A DNA stretch of 64,000 nucleotides from Octopus vulgaris (Eukaryota). The position numbers were made by a program, and so were the translations under genes. Below, in pieces: positions 11,683 through 24,599 of the stretch. Every line of letters starts with the position of its first letter. Positions within the stretch are counted from its first letter, which is position 1. The stretch is taken from positions 41,354,001 to 41,418,000 of the forward strand of contig OX597822.1 of assembly GCA_951406725.2 (NCBI GenBank). The letters are read 5' to 3'. The notes under the pieces are model-generated. The model did no database searches. It was not told the origin of the DNA and was given only the letters and a program-made list of their open reading frames with translations.

Positions 11683-12616
11683 AGAGAGAAGATGAACAAG
11701 AAAAGGGATGAAGAGTAAACGAGAGAGAGAGAGAGAAAGAGAGAGGAGATAGTAAGATGTACATTTGTAAATATGAGGAGAAATAGAGAGGTGGGAGAAA
11801 GATGCCGTGATGAGGAGCAGAACAGGAGAGAGTAAATTAGAGAGAAAAAGAAAGTAAAAAAAGAAGAGTGTGGGAGAGAGAACGGAGAGTGAAATGGCGT
11901 CCATATATAGACAGGAGAGGGAGAGGAGAGAGAGAGAACGCATTGGCGTCCATGTATATGAATCAATCTAAATGGAGACAGTAATGTAATTTTATGTCTG
12001 GTGGACGGAGAAATATTACTGATTCACCTCAACTAAGCAGGGTCAACTGGTACACTTCATACCTCTCATCCCCACCACCACCACAACCGCCGCCGCCACC
12101 AGACTTACTCCTCCAAATTATTGTCTGTCTGTTGTTATTGTTTTTAAATGTATATATATATAGTTGTTTTTTTTAGGTGGAACTTTCAGTTGTTTGTTAT
12201 AGATTAATTCGTTGTCATGGTTACTGATTGAATTTTTACATTTAGTGAAAACAAAATCCAAAAGCAAAACAGAAATAATCAACAACTTTATCAACGACAA
12301 CAGCGCAAGAACATCAAGTACAATATTAGCCACGATGTCAACAACATCTTTGCCGCCATCACCACCACCACCAACAACAACAACAGCAGCAACAGCAACA
12401 ACAACAGTATCAACAATAACATCACCACCAAAATCACAACAGTAACAACAACAACAATCATCATCAAAACAACAACTACAACACTAACAACAGCAGCAAG
12501 AATTATAATAACAACAGCAACAATAATCATGCAATCAAATCTCCCTCAAATCACGCCCTACTATTTTATTTATAGAAGGACACAAAGTTTTAGTTATATT
12601 GACTAAATAATTTTTA

Positions 12617-13123
12617 TTGGAAACTCCCCATAAAACAGAACACAAAATACTCTACCTCAGACTATCAACTAACGACGTTAAAAACAAGTTAGTTATGATT
12701 AATGGAATTTATAGCAAGCTTGCAAGTTGTAAACTTCACAACTCCAACTGTTATATTGGTCTTACAAGTATGACAATCTCTTGTCAACTCACCATGCAAT
12801 TACAAGGGGCAACTACAATCTACTACATCGTCAACCACTAAGCGGGTTAATAAAACATTAGTAGACAGTACATTTATATTCCATAGAATTCCTCTAAAAA
12901 AATTAAAATTAACCATTCATGAAGCATAATACAGCACAATGTTAAAATAAACACACAGACATAATTAGTCACAAGTATATATACACACATATGAATGATA
13001 TATAAATAAAAATTTCAAAATTATAATAGTTAGTGTAATGTCAATACCAAACACATTGAACTCACAGCAAGATCACTCCATCTTGAAGATGGGACTTTGA
13101 AAGTCTAGAAACAATGAAGATGG
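12617..13123 (+). mobile_element. Penelope-like retroelement 3' relic (GIY-YIG endonuclease plus degenerate hammerhead)
   Basis: ORF 12617-12841 reads NGIYSKLASCKLHNSNCYIGLTSMTISCQLTMQLQG, followed by KLTIHEA and INTQ remnants. Hammerhead-like motif at 13078-13123. Confidence 0.65.
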
Positions 13124-13589
13124 ACAAACACGGAAGAGAGAGTATTGCGAAGCCCAGAAATGCAATGTTGCTGAAACCTGAAACAGCACGAAGTACAAAT
13201 ATGAATGCTGAAAGAATACCTCACACAACGCACGCAACTAAGTTCTGTGTAAAAGTTCATAAAAAGGATCGCAGTTTGGAGGAGCTGAGGCTATCAAAAT
13301 GAGTAAAGGAGGGGAGAGATTAGCAATAATCCTTTACAGCAAATATATTCAATTTTGCGTTCATTTTATCAATACCTTTTGCAAAGATATCGCCACTCTA
13401 GACAGTAATTTGGTTGCTTGTGTGACAGCTTGGGAGAGATTACCAGAAACTGTCATATGTACCATTTCGACAGGCGAGACACTGCCAGAGTACACGAAGA
13501 CTTTTGTCCCTCTCACCATAGGATATGTAGTGAATCAGTGATTGACTTTTTCGAGACTTATAGTGAATTATATATGTATGTGTGTGCAT

Positions 13590-13844
13590 GTATATATAAG
13601 AGGGATGACCACTCAGTGGATATCCATTATGCTAGATGTAGACCCCATATGGTCTGACCACTAAGAAAAGATTGTTCTCCAGAAAATTTTGTATCTTTTC
13701 ATTTGTCTTGCTCGCTTACGTTCTGGCGGTCATCCCTCTTATATGTATGTAATATAATTTTTCTGAATTTTCAATATGCTAGACCACTGGTTTTAAATTG
13801 ATATTAATCAAATGAATATTCAATATTTCACCTTTATTATTTAA

Positions 13845-13917
<73 letters not shown>

Positions 13918-14265
13918 CATGCATGTAAAAATTAAATAAGGAGGATAGACATTGATATTAATTAATTAAAACCAGTGGCTTAGCATATTTAAAAATTCCG
14001 AAGATTAAAAATTGTATTACATACAAAATTAGGAGGAATGGCCACTAAAGGGGTCTCCTAATATGCTAAATATAGACGTAAAATCGCCTTTACCACGAAG
14101 AGTGTGTTCTCAAGAAAAATTACAGCAAAATGCCATACTTTTACATTTTGGTGCTTTGCTGAAATTTTTCTTGAGAACATACTCTTCGTGGTAATGGCGA
14201 TTTGACGTCTATATTTAGCTTATTAGGAGTCGACTTTAGTGGCCATTCCTCTAAATTTTGTATGT
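13590..14265. repeat. Cluster of one repeat family in alternating orientations, including a ~110-bp-arm palindrome
   Basis: 14020-14130 is the near-perfect reverse complement of 14155-14265; 13730-13848 is inverted relative to 13927-14045. Confidence 0.85.
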
Positions 14266-14628
14266 ATGTATGTATGAATGTATGTATGTATGTATGTATG
14301 TATGTGTGTGTGTATGTGTGTGTGTGTGTATACACATAAATACATACAACGGTACGTACATTCAAACATACATGCATGCATGCGTACATACATAAACGGT
14401 TATTTGCTTCAAATATAGCATACAGATTGTTGCTTTGAACTGATACTGCTTGTGTCACTGATAACGTGTGTGTGAGTGTGTGTGTGTGTGTGTCCTTTTA
14501 TTTTATAATTCTCTTGAGCTGGAAGAATCGTCAGTGAGTGGGACAAAATGGCTATTTAACGTTCCACTGAGGTCGACTTCGCTTTCCATCTTTTCGGAGT
14601 CAATAATGAGGCAAGTTCAGCGGAGATC

Positions 14629-14695
14629 CTTTGAGTGGATTTGGTAGACGGCAACTGAAAGAAGCTCGTCGTATATGCATATATTTATATATTTA

Positions 14696-14782
<87 letters not shown>

Positions 14783-14960
14783 ATTTTTGTGTCTGTGTTT
14801 GTCTCCCCACCATCGCTTGATAACCGATGCTGGTGTGTTTACGTCCCTGTAACTTAGTGGTTCAGCTAAAGACCAATAGAATAAGTCTTGAGGTCGATTT
14901 GTTCGACTAAAGGCGGTGCTCCAGCATGGCCGTCGTCAAATTTATGAAAGAAGTAAAAGA
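14629..14960 (+). mobile_element. SINE family A, 5'-truncated
   Basis: GAGTGGATTTGGTAGACGG...(TG/TA)n...GGCGGTGCTCCAGCATGGCC. Confidence 0.8.
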
Positions 14961-15015
14961 TAATAGCATAAAAGGATATGTATGTTTATATACATGTATG
15001 TGTGTGTGTGTGAAC

Positions 15016-15056
<41 letters not shown>

Positions 15057-15489
15057 TGTACATTTTAAAAAATGAATAGAAATGGCTTTTATGATAATTT
15101 TTCGACATTAATGATTAGATGTTTATAATTAGGCTTTAATGATGTTTATAAATTATTAGATGTAAACGTCTAATTATAAAAGTGGAGAAATTATCAGAGT
15201 AATCATTTCTTTTCATTTTTTCAAATATATAATGCAGTACCAAGGACACACACACACACAAATATACACATAGTAGAAGACACTGACCCAAGGTACCGCG
15301 CGGAAGAACTGCACCTCACACAAGCACAAATACAAACACATACACGCATGACCTTTACAATACATATGGTGCCCTGCCATCAATAAATGAACTGTTCTTA
15401 ATATTAAACTTGCTCTAATATAGTAACGTCAATTGAATGCTCACGCATCCATGCACACATGCGCGCGCGCATATATATATATATATACT

Positions 15490-15732
15490 ATTTACTTGTT
15501 TCAGTCATGTGACTGCGGTCATGCTGGAGCACCGCCTTTAGTCGAGCAAAATCGACCTCAGGACTTATTCTTTGTAAGCCTAGTACTTATTCTATCGGTC
15601 TCTTTTGCCGAACCGCTAATCTACGGGGACGTAAACACATCACTATCGGTTGTCAAGCGATGTTACGTGGGGACAAACACAGACATACAAACATATACAC
15701 ACACATATACATACATACATACATACATACAT

Positions 15733-15763
<31 letters not shown>

Positions 15764-15843
15764 TACACACATACATACATACATACATACATACATACAT
15801 ACATACATACATACATACATACATACATACATACATGCATACA

Positions 15844-15901
<58 letters not shown>

Positions 15902-16094
15902 TGTATGTATGTATGTATGTATGTATGTATGTATGGGCTTCTTTCAGTTTCCGTCTACCAAATCCACTCACAAGGCTTTGGTCGGCCCGAGGCTATAGTA
16001 GAAGACACTCGCCCAAGGTGCCACGCAATGGGACTGAACTCGGAACCATGAGGTTGGGAATCAAACTTCTTGCCACACAACCACACCTGCGCCT
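15490..16094 (-). mobile_element. SINE family A with expanded internal (ACAT)n/(ATGT)n
   Basis: Full-length copy whose internal microsatellite has expanded to ~250 bp. Confidence 0.88.
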
Positions 16095-16498
16095 ATGTAT
16101 ATGTATATGTATGTTTATGTAATAACGTTTCTAATTTCGGCACAAGACCTGTAATTATTAGAGCAGGCGTTTAGTCGATTATATCGACCCCAGTACTTGC
16201 ATGATACTTCAACTCATCAAGCCTGGAGGGATGAAAGACAAAGATGGTCTCAGCGGGATTTGAACCCCGGATGTACAGTGCAGGAAGAAATGCCGCAAGG
16301 CAATTTTTTCTGTCGCTCTATCGAGTCTGCCAACTCTACGCACGTGTGAATATATAATGACAGAAATATCAACATGGCGTCGTAATGTATTAATGCGTAT
16401 ATTGGAATGATATAAAATACATTTAAAAAAACTTACATTTGTCCACAAATACATAGTATAGTTCAACTATTAAACACATCTATACATACGCCTTTATA

Positions 16499-16591
<93 letters not shown>

Positions 16592-16755
16592 ACATACATA
16601 CATACTTACATACATACATACATGCACACACACACACATATATACAAGCATATATATGTATGCACATGCACACATTCACACACATATATAATTTATAGTT
16701 TCCTGGGTACATTCGAGAAGAGCTACATTCAAAGAAAACTAGGGTGTAAATATTA

Positions 16756-16817
<62 letters not shown>

Positions 16818-17005
16818 GTATGAATTTATGCCCGTTATGTATGCGGTGTTATGTTAAACAGGTATGAATGTATGGATACATAGAGAGAACGACAGCTTAG
16901 TAACAAGATAACCGAAGAATAAATTGATTGCCAATCTACCCTTAATATATTTAGTGTAGTGTGTATCAAATATCTAATTAGAAATAATTAAAATGATTAA
17001 CTCAC

Positions 17006-17135
17006 CTTGTTTTAGGGATTTGTTAGGCATATGTAAGAGGTGAGGAAAATAGTGGGGGATATCACTTAATTGAGTGAAAGGGAGAGAGAGAGAGAGAAGA
17101 TAGGAAGAATACGGTGGTGATGATGATGATGACAT
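17006..17135 (-). CDS. Candidate first coding exon of an unidentified host gene
   Basis: ATG at 17135 opens a stop-free frame MSSSSSPPYSSYLLSLSLPFTQLSDIPHYFPHLLHMPNKSLKQ that runs to a consensus donor AAG|GTGAGT (17006/17005). Unique sequence; no homology recognised. Confidence 0.3.
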
Positions 17136-17189
17136 GTTTCATGGCTCGTTGATTACTCAGCAGACGAGAAGTACCTACTCGTTCCTTTG

Positions 17190-17310
17190 GCCCATGAAGT
17201 GAACTCTTAGCGAATCGCTATTTAAATCCAACACACTCAAGAGCTCAGCTGTAATTCATAGACTAATTTGCATACCGTGCGTTTGCTGGCACCACGATTA
17301 AATAATTAAT
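17190..17310 (-). promoter_or_regulatory. Candidate Pol II promoter
   Basis: On minus: octamer ATGCAAAT (~17266-17273), E-box CAGCTG, and TATA-like TTTAAATA (~17219-17226) upstream of the candidate exon. Confidence 0.3.
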
Positions 17311-18003
17311 AAGTATTTATACAGAACACATCGTGTCTCAAACAAAAAAAGAAAGAAAAAAAAAACCCAGATGATTTAAAGCAGTCAAACTATAGTTTAC
17401 AAGTCTTTCGCTATGGTCCATTAAATATATGTAAATTCATCTTGATTGGTCAACAAACCGTGAAACATGCCAAGTTAATCTTCTCTAATTTTGTATGTAT
17501 AGTCTACTGACTAGACTATGGCTAGACTATAAGAAGACGTTTGACTTAATAGTGTATAGTAAGTTACCAACGATATACTAAGCTGCCATCTGCTATCGAT
17601 AATGCCATTAAAACACAAACAACAACATGGCCCACGCAGCTGAACTGAAGCTGCTACTATAATCACAAACAGAATTAGATTATCGACAGAAAAACTCCAG
17701 TTTGTTCGTAATGTTGAAAATATTTTCATGGAACATAGAGTTTATTCAGAATTAAGTGTTCATATTTGGTAGTCAATGGAAGAAAGATTGACCCAAAGCG
17801 GAATATGAATATCCACAACTAATTCTATCTCAGCTATCTCTCATGATGTTTGCTCCAAGTATCTCAGAAATGGTAAAACTTTCAGATATGCTGGTGCTGT
17901 ATGTAATGTTAAATAACAAAAGAATACTTTAACGGACTTCAGAAAGCATAGAAGTTACAGTTGTGTGCATTCAATAAAACTGTACCCGGTAACACTTTCG
18001 CTG

Positions 18004-18421
18004 TACTCTTTGCTCTTTACTCTTTTACTTGTTTCAGTCATTTGACTGCGGCCATGCTGGAGCACCACCTTTAGTCGAGCAAATCCACCCCTGGACTTAT
18101 TCTTTGTAAGCCTAGTACTTATTCTATCGGTCTCTTTTGCCGAACCGCTAAGTTACGGGGACGTAAACACACCAGCATCGGTTGTCAAGCGATGTTGGAG
18201 GGACAAACACAGACACAAACTCACACACACACACACACACATATATTTACATATATGCGACGGGCTTCTTTCAGTATCCGTCTACCAAATCCACTCACAA
18301 GGCTTTGGTCGGCCCGAGGCTATAGTAGAAGACACTTGCCCAAAGTGCCACGCAGTGGGACTGAACCCGGAACCAGGTGGTTGGTTAGCAAGCTACTTAC
18401 CACACAGCCACTCCTGCGCCT
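18004..18421 (-). mobile_element. SINE family A, full length, young
   Basis: Very close to the other full copies from head to tail. Confidence 0.9.
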
Positions 18422-18429
18422 CCGCACTA

Positions 18430-19010
18430 GTAATATTACCAACATTACGATTACTAAACTGGACACTTGAAGAAATCCGCAACTTGGATAACAAGACTGG
18501 AAAGGTACGACATTTAAGGATCTGTCCACCTCAAGTGACATTGACAAGTCCTTGTTAAACATAGGGTTGGGAGCATAAGCATAAAATCAGTGAAAACGAC
18601 TTTTCAGTGACGCATCGTGTCACTTAGTCACCACTTACTGAATAGTAAAGAGAGAAATGGGTGCATCACGTGTTTATTCATCAGAAGAAATTATACATGG
18701 AGTAGATGAATAACTTCTAGATAGGATTTCTGAGTGTACAGCTGTTACTTGTGATCCAAGAGTAACTGGACTAACCTACTTAAACAGAAACTCATCATAT
18801 CAGTAGAAATATAAACTAGAGAATATCAACTGCATTGACAGAAAGACCTGTGATAGACACATCACATCTCATCAAGAACGATACGTATTCGCTATTCAAG
18901 GACAGGAAGTAGTTACTAAATCTCCGTGCTGTAGTAGAAAGTGTCCTGTGTGCTATACAAATATAGAAGATATCAGCTACATCATCAGCAGATGCCCAAA
19001 ATGTCCGCAT
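18430..19010 (+). mobile_element. R4/Dong-like (restriction-endonuclease) LINE relic
   Basis: LLNWTLEEIRNLDNKTGK, AIQ..QEVVTK and CCHC knuckle CPVCYTNIEDISYIISRCPK; heavily frameshifted. Confidence 0.7.
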
Positions 19011-19249
19011 GATACATACATACAAACATTTACACATATACCGACAGGCATAGTTACATGCATATACGCATGCACACACATGAACATTTTGGTAATTGAT
19101 GCTGAATGCACCAATTACCAGAATTTTCACCCTTTTATTCTAAAATCTCTTCATCCCTCTGGTTTGGTCATGATTTCTCTCAGTTTTCTCGTTTCCCTTG
19201 ATATCCATTTTTCGGTCATACGAGATTGCTAAGTCAATGACCTGACATT

Positions 19250-19740
19250 GTTCTTTCTCAATCTACGATTATATCTGGTATATTAGCATCAATATGACTA
19301 GTCTCTATGGAAAAATCCTATAAAATCCTGTAATCATCCTTCACCATTATATCCACCGAATCACGTTCATACCACTTTTCCATCAGTTTAAACTTACAAA
19401 TGCAGTTAACAGCCCATTACACTCTTTTACCAACATGCTCATACTTGTTTTTATACTCTTTTTGTGCTAGCTTACTACACTCACTGTTAAGTTTAACAAT
19501 TTTGTCCCCTTTGCTACGTATTTTGCCTTAAATTGCAGTCTGGCTGAGATTTATCAATCTTTGTGTTTATCAAATTTGTTCAGATGATTTGGCCACAAAC
19601 GGCTATAATTAGTGATTTCAGTTTCTCTTCTGTCTCAGTTTCAAGCTTCCATATCTCAGCCACAAACAGTGTTTTTCCCTTCCAGCATCAGCTGCTTACA
19701 TGAATTAACTGTCATTCTATTTCTTTCCAGATATTTGTCT
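19250..19740 (-). mobile_element. R4/Dong-like LINE relic
   Basis: Minus strand gives ETESLIIA-like sequence, SECSKLAQKEYKNKYEHVGKRV and KWYER..KDDYRIL. Confidence 0.65.
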
Positions 19741-19794
19741 TATCGTACTTGTTGAAATTTCCTCTTGAAATTTCTCACTGTTTCGGTGACTTCG

Positions 19795-20075
<281 letters not shown>

Positions 20076-20079
20076 TCAT

Positions 20080-20525
20080 GGTGTGCACGAGTGTTTTACA
20101 TTTGGAATCAACATCCTTGACGCCGGGTAGCCACCCGTTTCTTAGATATAGAAGACCTTTCTTACAATCCTTGTTGTTCCCAAAAGAGCACATTTTAAAA
20201 TTAAGGCAACTCTCGCAGTTACCCCAACCTCAATAAGGAAACTGTTAAGTCTGTTACCGACAGTACCTAAAGCACCTATAGCAACTGGTATTACTTTTGT
20301 AAAAACCCTCCACATTCGCCGTATTTCCCAAACCAAATCCCGGCGTTTCCTATTTATTTTTCTCCTTTTCTTTGACCTTTACATTCATGTCCGAAGATAT
20401 TGCTGCATCTATGCTGATGCACTCTCTTTTTCCCTTGTCTAAAACATATCTGGTCGCCTGGCATGAATTTCGCGATCAGTCTGTACATTAAAATCCCATA
20501 AAATCTTGTATTAGTCGTTCTCTAT
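20080..20525 (-). mobile_element. 3' end of an R4/Dong-like LINE (REL endonuclease)
   Basis: KILWDFNVQTDREIHARRPD ... VIPVAIGALG ... KCALLGTTRIVRKV, then a short UTR and (TAA)n. Confidence 0.85.
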
Positions 20526-20547
20526 TATTACAATTTCTAGTCGATGT

Positions 20548-20601
<54 letters not shown>

Positions 20602-21678
20602 ACTGCAGGGGTGCGGGGGCTCTAAGAAACTGGAGAATCGAGCAAACAGGGCTAAGTTGTGGGTTAGTGCGCTCTCACTCATATTTCACGATTAAGAAAG
20701 GAATAACACGTACGCATAGAAGGCTTTCAAAATTAAATTGAATTGTTTTAATGCAAGAAATTTGAGCCAGGGTTACTCGCATGGATTCGCACATGCTTTG
20801 CAAAGAAAAACAAATATTTGTACAGAATGCAGATTTCTGTGCACATCCACGCCCCCCCTTCCTTCCCAGGGAAACATGGTGAATAAGTCGCAAAGCTTTT
20901 GGTGGAGTTGGAAAGAGACTAGCCAATTCTGACGTACAGCATTCGTTGAAATAGCGGCAGAAAAAATAGAGAGAACGCAGAATGAGTCCCCTTTCTCTCT
21001 CTCTCTGATTTAGTCGGAGTGTTTTGCGTGACAGTTAACTAAGTACGTGCATCTATTCGCATAAGAATCTCAAATGGAAAATTTCGGAATATCTTGGAGA
21101 TCTTCACTGTGCCACTGATAGATTGGATTTAGGGAATCCGGATCAGTTTCTTTTACTTTTTTTTCCATGAAACCAAGTGTTTCTAGGTTTTGTGCAAATT
21201 TGTTGGTACATAACCTAAAGATGATGTATGTATGTGTGTGTGCTGTGTGTGTGTGTGTGTGTGCGTGTGTGTCTTTGTGGTTGTATTTGTCCTTCCTCTA
21301 CGGCGTGACAAGTGGTATTGGTTTGTTTACGTCCTTTTAACTTAGTGGTTCGGCAGAAGAACCGATAGTATATGTACAGGATTGAAAAAAATAAGTTCCG
21401 CGATCAATTTGTTTGACTAAAAGCCCTTCACGGCTAAAACCTCTTCACGATGCCCCAACATAGCCGCTGTCCAGTAACTGAAACAAGTAAATGATAAGGG
21501 AAATAAAAGTAAAGCAAATATTTTGACTCAATATGAAGGGACCTTGTCCAGTCTCTGGGTCCATAGGCCGTTGGTGGAAAATGCAGAGCACTCCAATATC
21601 TGAGTAGTCATCTATCACTAAATCTGTATGCACACGCGCGCGTGCACACACACACATACACACGCACATACACATATA

Positions 21679-21711
<33 letters not shown>

Positions 21712-21772
21712 GGATGTATGTATGTATAAATATATATATTTTATGTATATTTGTGTGTGTGTGTGGATAGAC

Positions 21773-21815
<43 letters not shown>

Positions 21816-22434
21816 CATACACGCTTGTGTGTGTGTGTAGTTAGATAGATAGATAGATAGATATATACACACATACCAACACATACACATACACACACAT
21901 ATTTATATATGCACTAACATTATCAAAGATATGCACATGTAACCACATATATACATAGTCCCATATACACGCACACAGCATGTATACGCATTTGTATGTT
22001 TATGTGTGCGCGCATGTGTCAGCTTGTGTGTGTCTGTGAGTTTGCATGCGCGAACTCACCCACCCACAATCACACACACACACACGCACATACAGACACA
22101 CACACAAGCACACACATACAAACGCACACGTGTATGCATGTGTATGCGTGTGTGGGCAAAACGGTAGTGTGAACAGTTGCGAGTAAATATTTCTCTGTAA
22201 ACAAAGCTAAAACAAGACCGCATTCGCTGCTTTAGCTAGAATGGCCATATTCTTCTATTGATATTCTGGTTGTAGCATTGGGCTGAAGACATATGCAAAC
22301 GGTTGGAGACATCTACAAATATAAAAAATCAACTAAAAATAAATGAATTAAATTAATAACCATGCTGATTGCAGCTATTTTGGGCGATTCACATTACGCC
22401 ATATGCGCTCAAATACTACAAAATACTCGATGTT

Positions 22435-22776
22435 AAAGAAAGAGGAGAAAGAAAGGAAGGAAGGAAGGAAGGATAGAAAGGAAGAAAGAAAGATTGAAAG
22501 GAAGAAAGGAAGGAAGAAAGAAAGAAAGAATGAATGAAAGAAAGAAAGAAAGAATGAAAGAAAGAAGAAAGGAAGAAAGAGAGAAAGAAAGAGGAGAAAG
22601 AAAGAAAGAAACAAATAAACAAGGAAGGAACGTAGGAAGGAAGGAGTGGAAAAAAGGAAGAAAGAAAGAAAGAGAAAAGGGGAGAAAGAAAGAAAGAAGG
22701 AAGGAAGGAAAGTGGAAGAAAAGAAGAAAGAATGAGGGAATAAAAGGAAGAAAGAAAAAAGAAAGACAGAAAGAGG

Positions 22777-22811
<35 letters not shown>

Positions 22812-22930
22812 GGGGAAGAAAGGAAGAAAGAAAGAAAGAAAGAAGAAAGGAAAGAAAGAAAGAAGAAGAAAGGAAAGAAAGAAGGCAAGAAAAAGGAAGG
22901 AAAGAAAGAAGGAAAGAAAGAAAGAATGTA
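22435..22930. repeat. Purine-rich (GAAA/GGAA)n low-complexity tract
   Basis: About 500 bp of almost pure A/G on the + strand. Confidence 0.95.
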
Positions 22931-23207
22931 AGGGAATGAGAAAGTGAGAATGCTAGCTGCAGCATATAAAGGGAGAGAAAATAACAATAACTTTGCCATT
23001 TGCTTCTAACCCAATAGCAAAGAATGCCTCCCATCATCTCTTGGCAATCTCACAGGATCCAGAATTGACGGGATATTTACTCAGGTAGGACTCGTTTAAT
23101 AATCAAGTGCATCATGTTGTTTCAGCCATAGCGACCACATTCATTCAAGCTGAAGATTGAATTGGTATGGTAGGGTTTCCTACACCGAAACCCCATTCCC
23201 TTAGATA

Positions 23208-24254
23208 CGAGGGGGTACCTAAAAGAAACAGGAAATTTGCAATATTATTTTAGTCGCTTAGTTTTACATCATTGGTTCTCAACCTTTTTTACTACCAAAG
23301 ACCCCTTTTATTTAAATGAGCTTTCTCACAGACCCCCAGAATATTGAAAAGTCTGTCGGCTTAAAATGTACACGGACCCCTAGTACTACCGTTGCGGACA
23401 ACTAGGGTTCCTTGGACCTCAAATTGGGAACCACTGTTTTACATGTTTACACTTTTATCGCCTCCAAAGTATTCTCCTTTTGAAGCAATGCATCGATCTA
23501 TACGCGTTTTCCACTGTCCGAAGCAGTGCTGGAACTCTTGCGAAATGGTGCCCTTTAAATCGTCTGTCATTTACTTTCTTCTCCTCTTCCACATCTGCAA
23601 ATTCCGTAGCACCAGCTTTCGTCACCGGTGATGACATTCCAAAAAAGGTCCGGATCAATTTCCAACTGTTCTTTCAGTTCACGACACTCACAGCTGCTTT
23701 TGATCTTCCATGAGTAAGCGAGACAAATTTTGCTGCAAATCTTTTCATTCACAATTCCTTGCTCGGAATTCGTTGGCAGGACCTCCAGTACACACCAGTC
23801 ATATCGACAGGTTTGTCGGCTGTATGGTGTCGGTCCTCCAAGACCAGTTCATAAATTTTCATGTTTTCATTCGTTCTGGAGGTCAACAGTCGCCCTGAGC
23901 GAGGTTGATCTTCAAGCGTGGGAACCACTCGTAAACTTGTGTTTTGCTCATAGCAGCGTCCTTGTAAGCTGTTTGAAGCATAACAACTGTTTCGATCGCT
24001 GTTTTCCCCAGCAGGAAGCAGAATTTCACGGAAGCATATTGTTCCTTCTTTTCAGTCATCGTAAAAATCGACGAACAGAGAAGAAGCACTGCAAAACAAA
24101 GACACACCATGTGGCAGTACGACCTCACCCGACGACGCCAGTCAGCAGAGTGATGCCTGAGAGTTTCATCAAGTGACTTCTAGCGGCGGAAACCTGAACT
24201 ACAAGGGGCTTGTCTCACAAAGAACGTTTCCGGTTACTTCTGGGTACCTCCCCG
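23208..24254 (-). mobile_element. mariner element, internally deleted
   Basis: TA-flanked TIRs CGAGGGGGTACCTAAAAGAAACAGGAA / TTCCGGTTACTTCTGGGTACCTCCCCG. Transposase relic MTEKKEQYASVKFCFLLGKTAIETVVMLQTAY..VYEWF and VITGDESWCYG, jumping directly to the C-terminus. Confidence 0.9.
23270..23436. mobile_element. hAT MITE nested in the mariner
   Basis: CATTGGTTCTCAA ... TTGGGAACCACTG with a perfect 8-bp TSD TTTTACAT (23262-23269, 23437-23444). Confidence 0.9.
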
Positions 24255-24599
24255 TACATCAGCCCCGCCTCTGAGAACGATGGAGATATTGAACTCATCG
24301 AGGCTAAGTAAGCTACCATAAGTAATTTGATACTGGCAGAAAATAGCCAGTAAGCTGAATTTAAAGACTGAGTCGATTTTCCCCACTCTAGAACGTTACG
24401 CTCCGGAAAGTCTCATGACGTTTGCTTCCGATAGGACCCTATGCAGGAAGTGCCCGTGACTCTACTCCCACGAACATTCCAAGTATAGTGGGTAGACAAG
24501 ACAAATGATTGGATCTATGGAGCTAATAATCCAAGCCTCTGTTGTAGAGTTTCACCACGTACAATAGGAGTAAACACGTACCGATAGGAGTAAACGTGT

